From an uncultured bacterium (GTDB taxonomy: Bacteria; Myxococcota_A; UBA796), in the NCBI GenBank assembly GCA_963932775.1, contig CAWVVG010000001.1, positions 1 to 40,697 of the forward strand: DNA of 40,697 nucleotides, written 5' to 3'. A model generated the notes under the pieces. That model searched no databases. It worked only from the letters and a program-made list of their open reading frames with translations, and was not told the origin of the DNA. The number at the start of each line of letters is the position of its first letter. The first letter of the stretch is position 1. The translations under genes were made by a program, and so were the position numbers. Positions 15,016 through 23,934 of this stretch are shown one piece after another.

Positions 15016-16841
15016 TCGTTCTCGCTCTATTTCTTGCAGCCTGTGGTCCGGCTGACGAAGCCAAGCTGGAAGAAATTGGGGCCCGGAAACGCGCCCATTT
15101 CCCGTTTCCCAGCATGCACATCATGAAGGATGGGGTCGTAAATTTACCCAATGACCTGCCTTACTCGACGGACGGCACCCCGGTGGCCATCGAGAAGCTC
15201 CGGTGGCGCGAGGGGTTCTCGGTCGCCCAGAGTGCGGTGGTGGACCTGGACTTTGAAGTGGACCCTGCGAGTCTTCCAGGGCAGTCCTTGCCGATGACGG
15301 ATGGGGCGGTGCAGCTGTGGGACCTCACATCGAAAACACCGATCCTGTGTTTCGCGGAGTTGGATTCCGCTGAGCGAGTGGAAGGCGAGTTTCCGGTTTT
15401 GATCGTGCGACCTCAAGACGTGATGATTCCCGGACATCAGATCGCGGTGGTGCTCACCAATGGCGTAAAGCTTCCGGGAGGCGCTGAGATGCCGGTGGTG
15501 GACTGGTATGCAGACCTCCAGAGAGGTGTGCCGGGGCCCGACCTTGGAGAGTGGGTCGAACACTACCAATTCCTCGAAGAAGAACTGAAGGGATTGGGTG
15601 TAGAGGGCATCACGCTGGCCTTTGATTTCCCCATCTCGGACGGAGGTGCACCGGTTCGGCACTTGGCCACGGAGACGGGTGTACCCGGGGAATACAGCAT
15701 CAATGAGGTTCGCTCAACGGACGATGGTGTGCTGATGCCCGAGGGCGGTTGGCAGCAACTGTATGGCACCTACACCGTGGACAATTGGTTGGTGGACGAC
15801 CTGTATTTCGAGCTTGATGGGGATGGGTTGCCCATTCGTCAAGGAACCGTTGAGGCTGAGCTGAGTATCTACATTCCTGAAAGCGCCCGAGATGCAGAAC
15901 CCGGCACCGTTCCCGTGTGGCTCTTTGGGCACGGCTTGTTCGGTTCACCGGACGTGTACCTGCGGGATCGGGATGACCCAAGCCGAGTCGCAAAACTTGC
16001 AGATGAGGCCGGTGCCATTGTTTTTGCAACGGTCTGGCGTGGCTTTAAGAATTCGGACCGAATCCATGCGATTCAGATCTCGGAGGACTTCGGGCGAATT
16101 TACGAAATCGCTGAGCGATTGAGCCAGGGCGTGGCCAATGTGGTTGCTCTGTCTCGGCTGATTGTAGAGGGAAGTGTGCTGGATGATCCCGCTTTGCTCG
16201 GCTTAGCTGACAAGAGCGGAGAGCTTCGGTACTACGGGATCTCCCTGGGCGGTATTGCCGGAGCGGTGACCTTGGCCAACAATCCCCGCATCACACACGG
16301 TGTCTTCAATGTAGGTGGAGGCGCTTGGTCGACCATGCTGGAGCGGTCGAGCCAGTGGATACCCTTCGACTGGATCATGGTTGAGATGGTTCCTTCCAAT
16401 CGGGACCGCCAGCTGATGTACGCGCTCAGCCAGTTGTTCTGGGACCCCGTCGACCCCATGAACCATGTGGAAGGCCTCCGGGGACGCTCTGTGGTGTGGC
16501 AGGAGGCGATCGGCGATGAACAGGTGCCGAATATGACGACTCGCATGCTGGCCCGGGCGGTAGGAGCCACCCAGCTTCAGCCCATGGTGGAACCGGTGGT
16601 TGGTCTGGCGAGTGGAGCCGGACCCATCGAGTTGCCTGGGTATGTACAATTTGATCCTGAGCTCGAAATGCCCACGCAGGCAAACCAGCCGGGTGTGCCG
16701 AGTGGTGCCCATGGAGCGCCCAGGACTTGGCCGGGAACGCGGCAACAGATCGTGCGCTTCAATGACTGGGAGGACCCTGGCCTGTTGTTGCACTTCTGCG
16801 GTGACGCCCCTTGTTCTGAATCAAACCCCGGCGCAGAGTAG
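15012..16841 (+). CDS. putative alpha/beta-hydrolase lipoprotein
   Basis: 609-aa ORF whose ATG overlaps the upstream stop (ATGA). N-terminus MIVLALFLAAC (lipobox). Has a nucleophile elbow YYGISLGGIAG (GxSxG), with candidate Asp (IGDEQVPN) and His (SGAHGAP) downstream. Confidence 0.6.
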   Translation: MIVLALFLAACGPADEAKLEEIGARKRAHFPFPSMHIMKDGVVNLPNDLPYSTDGTPVAIEKLRWREGFSVAQSAVVDLDFEVDPASLPGQSLPMTDGAVQLWDLTSKTPILCFAELDSAERVEGEFPVLIVRPQDVMIPGHQIAVVLTNGVKLPGGAEMPVVDWYADLQRGVPGPDLGEWVEHYQFLEEELKGLGVEGITLAFDFPISDGGAPVRHLATETGVPGEYSINEVRSTDDGVLMPEGGWQQLYGTYTVDNWLVDDLYFELDGDGLPIRQGTVEAELSIYIPESARDAEPGTVPVWLFGHGLFGSPDVYLRDRDDPSRVAKLADEAGAIVFATVWRGFKNSDRIHAIQISEDFGRIYEIAERLSQGVANVVALSRLIVEGSVLDDPALLGLADKSGELRYYGISLGGIAGAVTLANNPRITHGVFNVGGGAWSTMLERSSQWIPFDWIMVEMVPSNRDRQLMYALSQLFWDPVDPMNHVEGLRGRSVVWQEAIGDEQVPNMTTRMLARAVGATQLQPMVEPVVGLASGAGPIELPGYVQFDPELEMPTQANQPGVPSGAHGAPRTWPGTRQQIVRFNDWEDPGLLLHFCGDAPCSESNPGAE

Positions 16842-16843
16842 GC

Positions 16844-18268
16844 TCAGGTCTCGTGCAGGACTTCGACGGTCATCAGGTTGGTCGCGCCCCGCATGGGTGT
16901 GTTTCCAGCGAGAATGACGACCTCGGAGCCCGCAGCCACTAAGCCCGAGCTGACCAGTGCTCGCTCGCCGGCCGCGATCATCTCGTCGGTGGTGTCGAAG
17001 ATGGGCATCGTCAGTGCTGTGACTCCCCAGACCAGTGACAACATATCGGCGACCCGGCTGTCTGGGGTCAGTGCGAATATTGGCGCACGCATCCGTCCTT
17101 TGCTGGCAAGAATTGCGGAACGGCCGGACCAGGTGAAGACAACGAGTGGACGGTCGCCTTCCTGAACGGCCTGGATCGCGCATCGGGCGACGGTATGGGC
17201 AGGCCCAGCCAGGGCATCGATCTTGGACACATCCCGTTGTTTTAGGAAGCGGCTCTGTTCTACGTCGCATGCAATGCGATCCATGACGCGGACAGACTCA
17301 AAGGGGTGGTCACCCACCGAGGTCTCACCGGACAACATGATGGCATCGGTTCCGTCCAGGATTGCATTGGCCACGTCTGTGGTCTCGGCCCGGGTTGGGC
17401 GGGGGTTTCTCTCCATGCTGTCGAGCATTTGTGTGGCGGTGATGACCGGCTTGCCAGCATGATTGGCCGCCTTGATGATCTCTTTTTGGATGATGGGTAC
17501 CTGCTCGAGGGGTACCTCTACGCCGAGGTCACCACGGGCCACCATGATGGCGTCGACCACACTGAGGATCTCCGCAATGTTTTCGACGGCCTGGGGCTTT
17601 TCAATTTTGGCGATAATCGGTGTGTGTTTTTGACCGAGGGCATCGAGGGCTTCACGGAGAACCTGTACATCCGCTTTGGAGCGCACAAAGGACAGGGCTA
17701 CCCAGTCCACGCCAGCGGCGATCCCCACCTTTAGGTCGGCACGATCCTTGTCGGTTAGCGCGGGGGCCTGGATGTTGCTCTGGGGCAGATTGATGCCTTT
17801 GTGTGCGCCGAGCAATCCACCATTGTGAATAAGAATGTCGACCTCTTTTGCGTCGGTTCGCACCTCTGCCACCTCGCCACTGAGGGCGCCGTCAGCAAAG
17901 AGCACCCGGTCTCCGGGTGTGACGTCGGAGACCATGCTGGGCCATGTGGTGCCGACCTTGGATCCTGTGGCCTGGAAGTTGGGGTCCATCACCACGGTGA
18001 GGGTGTCGTCGCGATTCAGCTGGATGGGTTCCCCCGGGCCAGTGCGAATCTTTGGCCCTTGCAGGTCCAGCAATATCGCCACACTGCGTTGAACCTTGAT
18101 AGCGCTCCGTCGGATGCGCGAGACGGACTGTAGAATTCCCTCCGCATTCGAGTGGGAACAGTTGACTCGGGCCACATCGACGCCTGCCAGGAGCAATGCC
18201 TCAAGCTGGTCGGTGTCGGCGGTTGCGGGTCCGATGGTGGCGACGATTTTTGTGCGGCGTTTGTGCAT
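16844..18268 (-). CDS. pyk: pyruvate kinase
   Basis: 474 aa: MHKRRTKIVATIGPA..., ARVNCSHS, LLDLQGPKIR, IIAKIEKPQAVENI, IMVARGDLGVE, VITATQMLDSM, PTRAE. Confidence 0.95.
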   Translation of the reverse strand: MHKRRTKIVATIGPATADTDQLEALLLAGVDVARVNCSHSNAEGILQSVSRIRRSAIKVQRSVAILLDLQGPKIRTGPGEPIQLNRDDTLTVVMDPNFQATGSKVGTTWPSMVSDVTPGDRVLFADGALSGEVAEVRTDAKEVDILIHNGGLLGAHKGINLPQSNIQAPALTDKDRADLKVGIAAGVDWVALSFVRSKADVQVLREALDALGQKHTPIIAKIEKPQAVENIAEILSVVDAIMVARGDLGVEVPLEQVPIIQKEIIKAANHAGKPVITATQMLDSMERNPRPTRAETTDVANAILDGTDAIMLSGETSVGDHPFESVRVMDRIACDVEQSRFLKQRDVSKIDALAGPAHTVARCAIQAVQEGDRPLVVFTWSGRSAILASKGRMRAPIFALTPDSRVADMLSLVWGVTALTMPIFDTTDEMIAAGERALVSSGLVAAGSEVVILAGNTPMRGATNLMTVEVLHET

Positions 18269-18499
18269 GGGCCAAATCTATCACCCGAGATGCCGTTGAT
18301 GCCATTGTCGCTCAAATGAGGCGCGAGGAAGTTCATTATATTCGGAGCCTGAAGCCATCCAGATCTGGCCCTGTCAAGTCCGACGCCAATGGTATCGTTT
18401 TCTTCCCCAACAGGGGATGTAGATCGCACGTTAGATCTGTCCTTCTTTTGAGGAAATGTGAGGATGGCCCTAAAGAAATATAAAACCTTGACCGATACA

Positions 18500-18528
18500 T
18501 TGACGTGTCAACGGATCTGTGGCATGAT
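18500..18528 (+). promoter_or_regulatory. candidate sigma70-type promoter for the HTH gene
   Basis: TTGACG (18500-18505), a 17-nt spacer, then CATGAT (18523-18528), about 87 nt upstream of ATG 18615. It lies in a lower-GC 346-bp divergent intergenic region. Motif match only. Confidence 0.3.
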
Positions 18529-18614
18529 GGGTTTGGGTTGACAGGCCCATTGAGGGAAAACGCCGGCGTTGTCGGTAATTTTGGGAACAGACATTCCTAG
18601 GGAAGGAAAAAACA

Positions 18615-18863
18615 ATGACAATCGGACTACCGAAGAGTCGTGAACGGGTTGCCCGTAATTTTATTAAATCCTACGGTCGGACTCGATTCCGTGAATTGTT
18701 GGCTGCCCTCGCCCGTGGCGAGAGTGGACAAGCAATTGCAGATGGATTTGGTGTGAGCCGCGAGCGCGTGCGCCAGTGGAAGAACACCTTTGGGGAAGTG
18801 ATCACTCACTACCGGGTTTATCCGGAAGTGGATCGCATCCTACACGAGCTTCAGGCGGGATAG
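18615..18863 (+). CDS. small stand-alone helix-turn-helix protein (sigma-70 region 4-like)
   Basis: 82-aa ORF preceded by GGGAAGGAAAAAACA (RBS-like). GESGQAIADGFGVSRERVRQWKNTF resembles a sigma region 4.2 / LuxR-type HTH. Confidence 0.55.
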   Translation: MTIGLPKSRERVARNFIKSYGRTRFRELLAALARGESGQAIADGFGVSRERVRQWKNTFGEVITHYRVYPEVDRILHELQAG

Positions 18864-18886
18864 CCGCCTAAGGCTTGAATGAGTTG

Positions 18887-18920
18887 GCCGACGCCTAGCT
18901 GCTGTGCAGTGGGCGTCGGC
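18887..18920 (+). terminator. GC-rich hairpin between the HTH gene and argG (possible terminator/attenuator)
   Basis: GCCGACGCC (18887-18895) pairs with GGCGTCGGC (18912-18920) across a 16-nt loop. No T-tract follows, so intrinsic terminator function is uncertain. Confidence 0.3.
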
Positions 18921-19005
18921 TGCGTCAATTCTGGGTGACAGCTGCGGTGCTGATGGGCCTCAGCCGGCCGTTTGGGATAGCATTCGGCATTCTGTAGGGG
19001 TGCCC

Positions 19006-20238
19006 ATGAACAAGAAGTTTAAGAAGATTGTTTGCGCATACAGTGGTGGACTCGACACCAGCGTGATGATTCCATGGCTCAAAGAAAACTATGGCTGTGA
19101 GATCATCGCCTACACCGGTGACTTGGGACAGGGCGAGGACCTTGAGGCGATCAAGAACAAGGCCTTGAGTACCGGGGCTCAGCACGCCGTTGTCGACGAT
19201 CTTACGGACCGGTTTGTTGAGGAGTTCATCTGGCCTGCCGTCCGCGCGAGTGCGCTGTATGAGGGCATGTACCCAATGCATACGGCACTCGGTCGCCCCT
19301 TGCTGTCCGCGCGCTTGGTTGAGGTTGCACTCGAGCACGGTGCCGATGCGATCGCCCATGGCTGTACAGGCAAGGGCAATGACCAGGTTCGATTCGAGCT
19401 TACCGCCAAGTCCCTGGCACCCCAGCTTGGGATCGTCGCACCCCTGCGGGAGTGGGAGCTCACCACCCGGGAGCTTGAGGTCGACTACGCAGTCGCGCGG
19501 AACATTCCGATTCCGGTCACCAAAGCCAAGCCATACTCCATCGATCAAAACCTCTGGGGCTGCGCCATCGAGTGCGGCGAGATGGAAGACCTCTGGGTAG
19601 AGCCTCCACCGGATGCATGGCTGATGACAAAGGACCCGAGCAACGCGCCCCGTGGGTCCTTCGAGATGATGATCAGCTTTGAGAATGGTGTACCTGTGGC
19701 GATCGATGGTCGTCCCATGGGAGGAGTGGAGTTGATTCGCCACCTGAACGAGGTGGCTGGCACCTACGGAGTCGGTCGGATCGACATGGTTGAGAACCGG
19801 GTTGTCGGTCTCAAGTCTCGCGAGGTCTATGAGGCTCCGGCTGCCACATTGATTCATATGGCGCACACCGAGCTGGAACGGATTTGTCTCGACCGCGAGA
19901 CCTTCAATTACAAGCGTAAATTGAGTCAGGATTACGAGAAGATCATCTACGATGGCACTTGGTTTGGGCCCCTTCGGGAGTGTCTGGAGAGCTTTCTTCT
20001 CAAGTCACAGGAGTCGGTATGTGGTGATGTGCGCCTCCGAATCAGCGCTGGGCTTGTTCGAATTATTGGGCGTCGATCGCCATTCTCGTTGTATGACGAG
20101 GGCCTCGCCACGTATTCGGAAGGCGACACCTTTGATCGCAACGCAGCCGAAGGCTTCCTGGAGTTGTTCGGTCTTAGCTATCGCACTGTGGCCCGCGTTC
20201 GCAGGCGTCAGGAAGAGCTCAAGAAGGAGATGGGCTGA
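19006..20238 (+). CDS. argG: argininosuccinate synthase
   Basis: ORF trimmed to ATG 19006: MNKKFKKIVCAYSGGLDTSV..., AHGCTGKGNDQVRFE, ENRVVGLKSREVYE. Confidence 0.95.
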   Translation: MNKKFKKIVCAYSGGLDTSVMIPWLKENYGCEIIAYTGDLGQGEDLEAIKNKALSTGAQHAVVDDLTDRFVEEFIWPAVRASALYEGMYPMHTALGRPLLSARLVEVALEHGADAIAHGCTGKGNDQVRFELTAKSLAPQLGIVAPLREWELTTRELEVDYAVARNIPIPVTKAKPYSIDQNLWGCAIECGEMEDLWVEPPPDAWLMTKDPSNAPRGSFEMMISFENGVPVAIDGRPMGGVELIRHLNEVAGTYGVGRIDMVENRVVGLKSREVYEAPAATLIHMAHTELERICLDRETFNYKRKLSQDYEKIIYDGTWFGPLRECLESFLLKSQESVCGDVRLRISAGLVRIIGRRSPFSLYDEGLATYSEGDTFDRNAAEGFLELFGLSYRTVARVRRRQEELKKEMG

Positions 20239-21590
20239 TGGCGTTGTGGGGCGGCCGATTCGAGGGTGGTCCCAGCACCGAGATGCAGGCCTTTTCGGAG
20301 AGCTTGGATACCGATCTGCTGATGTGGCGCGAAGACATCGTGGGCTCAATGGCCCATGTCACGATGCTCGGTGAGGTCGGACTGCTGACGGCAGACGAGG
20401 CCTCCACAATCAAGGCGGGCTTGGAGAAAGTCGAGGCAGATCTTGAAGGCGGGTGGGTTCCCGACGCATCCCTCGAAGACATTCACATGGCGGTCGAGAC
20501 CAGGCTGGGAGAGCACATCGGTGCGCTTGCAGGAAAGCTCCACACCGCCCGCTCCAGAAACGACCAAGTGGCCACAGACGTGCGCTTGTGGTTGCGGTCC
20601 AGGCTCGATGGCCTTGATGAGTCCCTTGAGCGACTGATTCATGCCATCTGCGATCGTGTGGAGGCGGACGGCCGCACTTTGGTGCCCGGCTTTACCCATC
20701 TTCAGCGAGGGCAGCCCATTTGGTTGGGACACCACTTGCTGGCCCATGCTTGGTCGCTGTCCAGAGACAGGGAACGAGTGGCAGATGTGCGCCGTCGGGT
20801 GGATAGAAGCCCGCTCGGTGCAGCGGCGATGGCCGGTACGCCGCATCCCATTGATCGGGAGCGGACTGCGGAGCTTATGGGTTTTGCGGGTGTCTGTGAG
20901 AACGCCATGGATGCAGTCGCTGCCAGAGACCACCTGATCGAAGCGGTGGGTGTCTGTACGATATCGATGGTGCACCTCTCTCGGATTGCAGAGGAGTTGG
21001 TGTTGTGGTCGAGCCGGGAGTTTGACTGGATTCGCCTCGGCGATGCTTGGAGTACTGGTTCCTCGATCATGCCCCAGAAGCGGAATCCGGATGCAGTCGA
21101 GTTGGTTCGTGGAAAATCTGGCAGGGTTGTGGGTGCGCTCAATGCCCTCATTGTCATGACCAAGGGCCTGCCGATGGCCTACAACCGCGACCTGCAAGAG
21201 GACCGCAACGCCCTGTTCGATGCGCTGCACACCACCATTGCGTGTGTGCGTGTGACCGCAGGCTGCTTTGAGTCTCTTGAGGTCAAGGGTGGACCGGACC
21301 TTACAGGTGACTTTTCGCTGACCACCGAGTTGGCCGATTTCTTGGCAAGCAAAGGGGTGCCGTTTCGAGAGGCCCACCATGTCGCAGGCCGCTTGGTCAA
21401 GACCTGCGAAGACAGGGGTTGTGACTTGTCTGGCTTGACCCTGAGTGATCTACAAGCGGAACACGAGGGCTTCACGGATGAGGCACTCAGCTGGCTTGAC
21501 CCAGAGGCTGCAGTCGAGCGAAGGCGGTCCCGGGGTGGAACCGCTTGGTCGGAGATCGAGCGTCAGTTGGGCTTGCTGCGAGCTCAGTAG
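20238..21590 (+). CDS. argH: argininosuccinate lyase
   Basis: MALWGGRFEGGP..., TARSRNDQVATD, GFTHLQRGQP, GSSIMPQKRNPD. The ATG overlaps the argG stop (TGATG). Confidence 0.95.
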   Translation: MALWGGRFEGGPSTEMQAFSESLDTDLLMWREDIVGSMAHVTMLGEVGLLTADEASTIKAGLEKVEADLEGGWVPDASLEDIHMAVETRLGEHIGALAGKLHTARSRNDQVATDVRLWLRSRLDGLDESLERLIHAICDRVEADGRTLVPGFTHLQRGQPIWLGHHLLAHAWSLSRDRERVADVRRRVDRSPLGAAAMAGTPHPIDRERTAELMGFAGVCENAMDAVAARDHLIEAVGVCTISMVHLSRIAEELVLWSSREFDWIRLGDAWSTGSSIMPQKRNPDAVELVRGKSGRVVGALNALIVMTKGLPMAYNRDLQEDRNALFDALHTTIACVRVTAGCFESLEVKGGPDLTGDFSLTTELADFLASKGVPFREAHHVAGRLVKTCEDRGCDLSGLTLSDLQAEHEGFTDEALSWLDPEAAVERRRSRGGTAWSEIERQLGLLRAQ

Positions 21591-22495
21591 GTGGTGATCA
21601 TCGGTTTCATCCAGTCGACCTTGCCGCGGACTCCATCCAGATAGGTGCGCTGCACCATCTTGGTGATGGGACCAGGAGGCCCGACGGGCCGACGGTCGAC
21701 CTCTCGTACTGGGGTGACTTCCGCCGCGGTGCCGGTCATGAAGATTTCATCCGCAACGTACAGTGCGTCGCGGCCGAAGGTGGTCTCTTGAACCTTGTGG
21801 CCTTCATGCTCGAGGATTTGAATCGAAGTCTTCCGGGTAATCCCGCCGAGGATATTCACAATGGGCGGGGTCTTGATCACGCCGTCGCGTGAGATGAACA
21901 GGTTTTCGCCGGTTCCTTCAGCCACGTAGCCGGAGTGGTCCAGCATGATTGCCTCGTCATAGCCGTTGTCGTTGGCCTCATAGCGGGCGAGGATCGAGTT
22001 CACATAGTGACCCGTGATCTTGGCGCGCTGAAGGTTGGCGTTGACGTGGTGGCGAGTGAATGAACTGGTGGCCACTCGGATGCCATTGTTGATTCCTTCG
22101 TCGCCCAAGTAGGCGCCCCACTTCCACACCATGATGCTTGTGTGGACCGGGTTGTTTCGAGCACCGAGGCCCATACCACCCATTCCAAGGTAGACAAGGG
22201 GGCGAATGTAGGCGCTGGAGAACTCGTTCTTCGCGAGGGTGTCCAAGCAGGCTTTGCGCAAATCGTCGATGGACAATGTCAGGTCCATCCGGCACATCTT
22301 GGCGGAGTCGATCAGGCGGCGCAGGTGTTCGTCGAGCTTGAATACACCGCCGCCACCGCCTTCTTGCTCGTAGGAACGAATTCCCTCGAACACGCCCAGG
22401 CCGTAATGGAGACTGTGGCTCAAGACGTGAACCTTTGCGTCAGCGAAGGGGACGAGCTCGCCGTCCATCCAGATGTATGCGCTTTCGATGCTCAT
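21584..22495 (-). CDS. ilvE: branched-chain amino acid aminotransferase
   Basis: 303 aa: IWMDGELVPFADAKVHVLSHSLHYGLGVFEGIRSY, YIRPLVYLG, EGTGENLF, GITR. The ATG overlaps the upstream M16 stop (ATGA, 22492-22495). Confidence 0.9.
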   Translation of the reverse strand: MSIESAYIWMDGELVPFADAKVHVLSHSLHYGLGVFEGIRSYEQEGGGGGVFKLDEHLRRLIDSAKMCRMDLTLSIDDLRKACLDTLAKNEFSSAYIRPLVYLGMGGMGLGARNNPVHTSIMVWKWGAYLGDEGINNGIRVATSSFTRHHVNANLQRAKITGHYVNSILARYEANDNGYDEAIMLDHSGYVAEGTGENLFISRDGVIKTPPIVNILGGITRKTSIQILEHEGHKVQETTFGRDALYVADEIFMTGTAAEVTPVREVDRRPVGPPGPITKMVQRTYLDGVRGKVDWMKPMITTY

Positions 22496-23934
22496 TTAGA
22501 TTCCAGGACGTTGCCGTCTGAGTCGAGGTTCACGATGGGCAACGATAGACCGTTCAATCCCTCAAGGATTGTGGCCTTATCGCCCACCACAAGGATGGAG
22601 AGCTCTTGAGAAAGGATGTGCTTGTTCCAGGCTGCTTGCGCGGCCTCGAGGGTCACAGCCCGGATGTTGTCGGCAAAGGCGACGGTCCAATCTTCAGGAA
22701 GCCCGTAGAGCCATCCCGACTGCATCTCTCCGAGGAGAGTTCCAGCATTCTCGTACCGAACGGGGCGAGAGCCGAGCAGGTAGCCCCGGGCGTTGTCGAG
22801 CTCATCGGCGGTGAAGTTGCGGCTTGTTGCCGCCTCATTCACTTCGCGAAGAATCTCAGAGATGCTGTCTGCGGTGGTATCGGTCTTTACGCTGGTACTG
22901 GCCTTCCAGACGGCATTGGTGTAGTCCGCTGAGATCCCCGAGCGTGCGCCGTATGTCCAACCCTTCTCCTCGCGGAGATTCAAGTTGAGACGAGCGGAGA
23001 ACATGCCGCCGTACATCATGTTGGCCATGTAGACCTCAAACCAGTCGTCTGCGCTCTGGTCGATGTCGAGGCGCCGAAAGACACTCAATACCGACTGAGG
23101 AGCGCCGGGCTTGTCTACCAAGAAGACGGTTGTGGTCTCCACGTTTGGCATGGCTTCGGTGGGCTTGGATTCGGCCGAGGCATCCCCGGTCCAGGAGCCA
23201 AATCGGGCCTCGAGCAGAGGCAAGATGGCTTGCAGTGTGGTGTCTCCACCCACGTAGATGCGGGCATTGCCAACCACCAGGTGGGTGGCTGCCCATGCCT
23301 TCATCTTGTCGGTGGTGAGGCTCTCGTATCCTGCTTCAGTGCGCTGCATGCCCTTGTAGTCTCCGCCATAGCGAAGACGGCTTGCGACTCGACCTGCGAT
23401 GGACTTGGGGTTCTTTCGTGCAGAAGCGAGTCCGGCGAACCGGTCCTTCAGCATGATGTCCCAGTCGTCTTGCTCGAAGTTGGGCTTGAGCAAGACCGTT
23501 GCCAGCAAGTCCAATCCAGGCTCGATGTTCTTGGCGAGTACATTGAGCGACACGTTGGCACTGTCAGCGCCAGCGGATGTGCCGATGCTTGCGGCGATGG
23601 CCTTGGCTGCCTTGGAGATCCCCGCAGCATCGAACTCGCCAGCGCCTTCATTGAGCATGTCCAGGGTCACGCTCGCCATTCCGATGTGGTCAGCAGTGTC
23701 GGTCCACCCTCCTTGGTCAAAGGAAATGCGGACGCTGAGCAGCGGCATCTCGTGGTTCTCGACTACGGCGACTTGAAGCCCGTTGCTGAGCTCCGCGGTC
23801 TGGGCTTGGGGCAACTGAAACTCTCGCGGAGCCAGTGGCTCCGGCGTTACCGAGCGCCAGCTCGTATCAACAGTGTTCTTGGGTACACAGGCGGTCGTCA
23901 AACCAGCCAAAATAAGGGTTGAGAGGTGCATCAC
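22492..23934 (-). CDS. M16-family peptidase-like lipoprotein (non-catalytic partner; no HxxEH)
   Basis: 480 aa with lipobox LAGLTTAC. Has an M16 C-terminal-type fold pattern (NGLQVAVVENHEMP..., TLDMLNEGAG) but no zinc-binding HxxEH. Confidence 0.8.
   Translation of the reverse strand: MMHLSTLILAGLTTACVPKNTVDTSWRSVTPEPLAPREFQLPQAQTAELSNGLQVAVVENHEMPLLSVRISFDQGGWTDTADHIGMASVTLDMLNEGAGEFDAAGISKAAKAIAASIGTSAGADSANVSLNVLAKNIEPGLDLLATVLLKPNFEQDDWDIMLKDRFAGLASARKNPKSIAGRVASRLRYGGDYKGMQRTEAGYESLTTDKMKAWAATHLVVGNARIYVGGDTTLQAILPLLEARFGSWTGDASAESKPTEAMPNVETTTVFLVDKPGAPQSVLSVFRRLDIDQSADDWFEVYMANMMYGGMFSARLNLNLREEKGWTYGARSGISADYTNAVWKASTSVKTDTTADSISEILREVNEAATSRNFTADELDNARGYLLGSRPVRYENAGTLLGEMQSGWLYGLPEDWTVAFADNIRAVTLEAAQAAWNKHILSQELSILVVGDKATILEGLNGLSLPIVNLDSDGNVLESK

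Noticed and set aside
18925-21380. Long minus-strand ORFs (18925-19866, 20346-21380) opposite argG and argH
   Set aside because: argG and argH are unmistakable on the + strand, so the antisense frames are GC-driven open frames.
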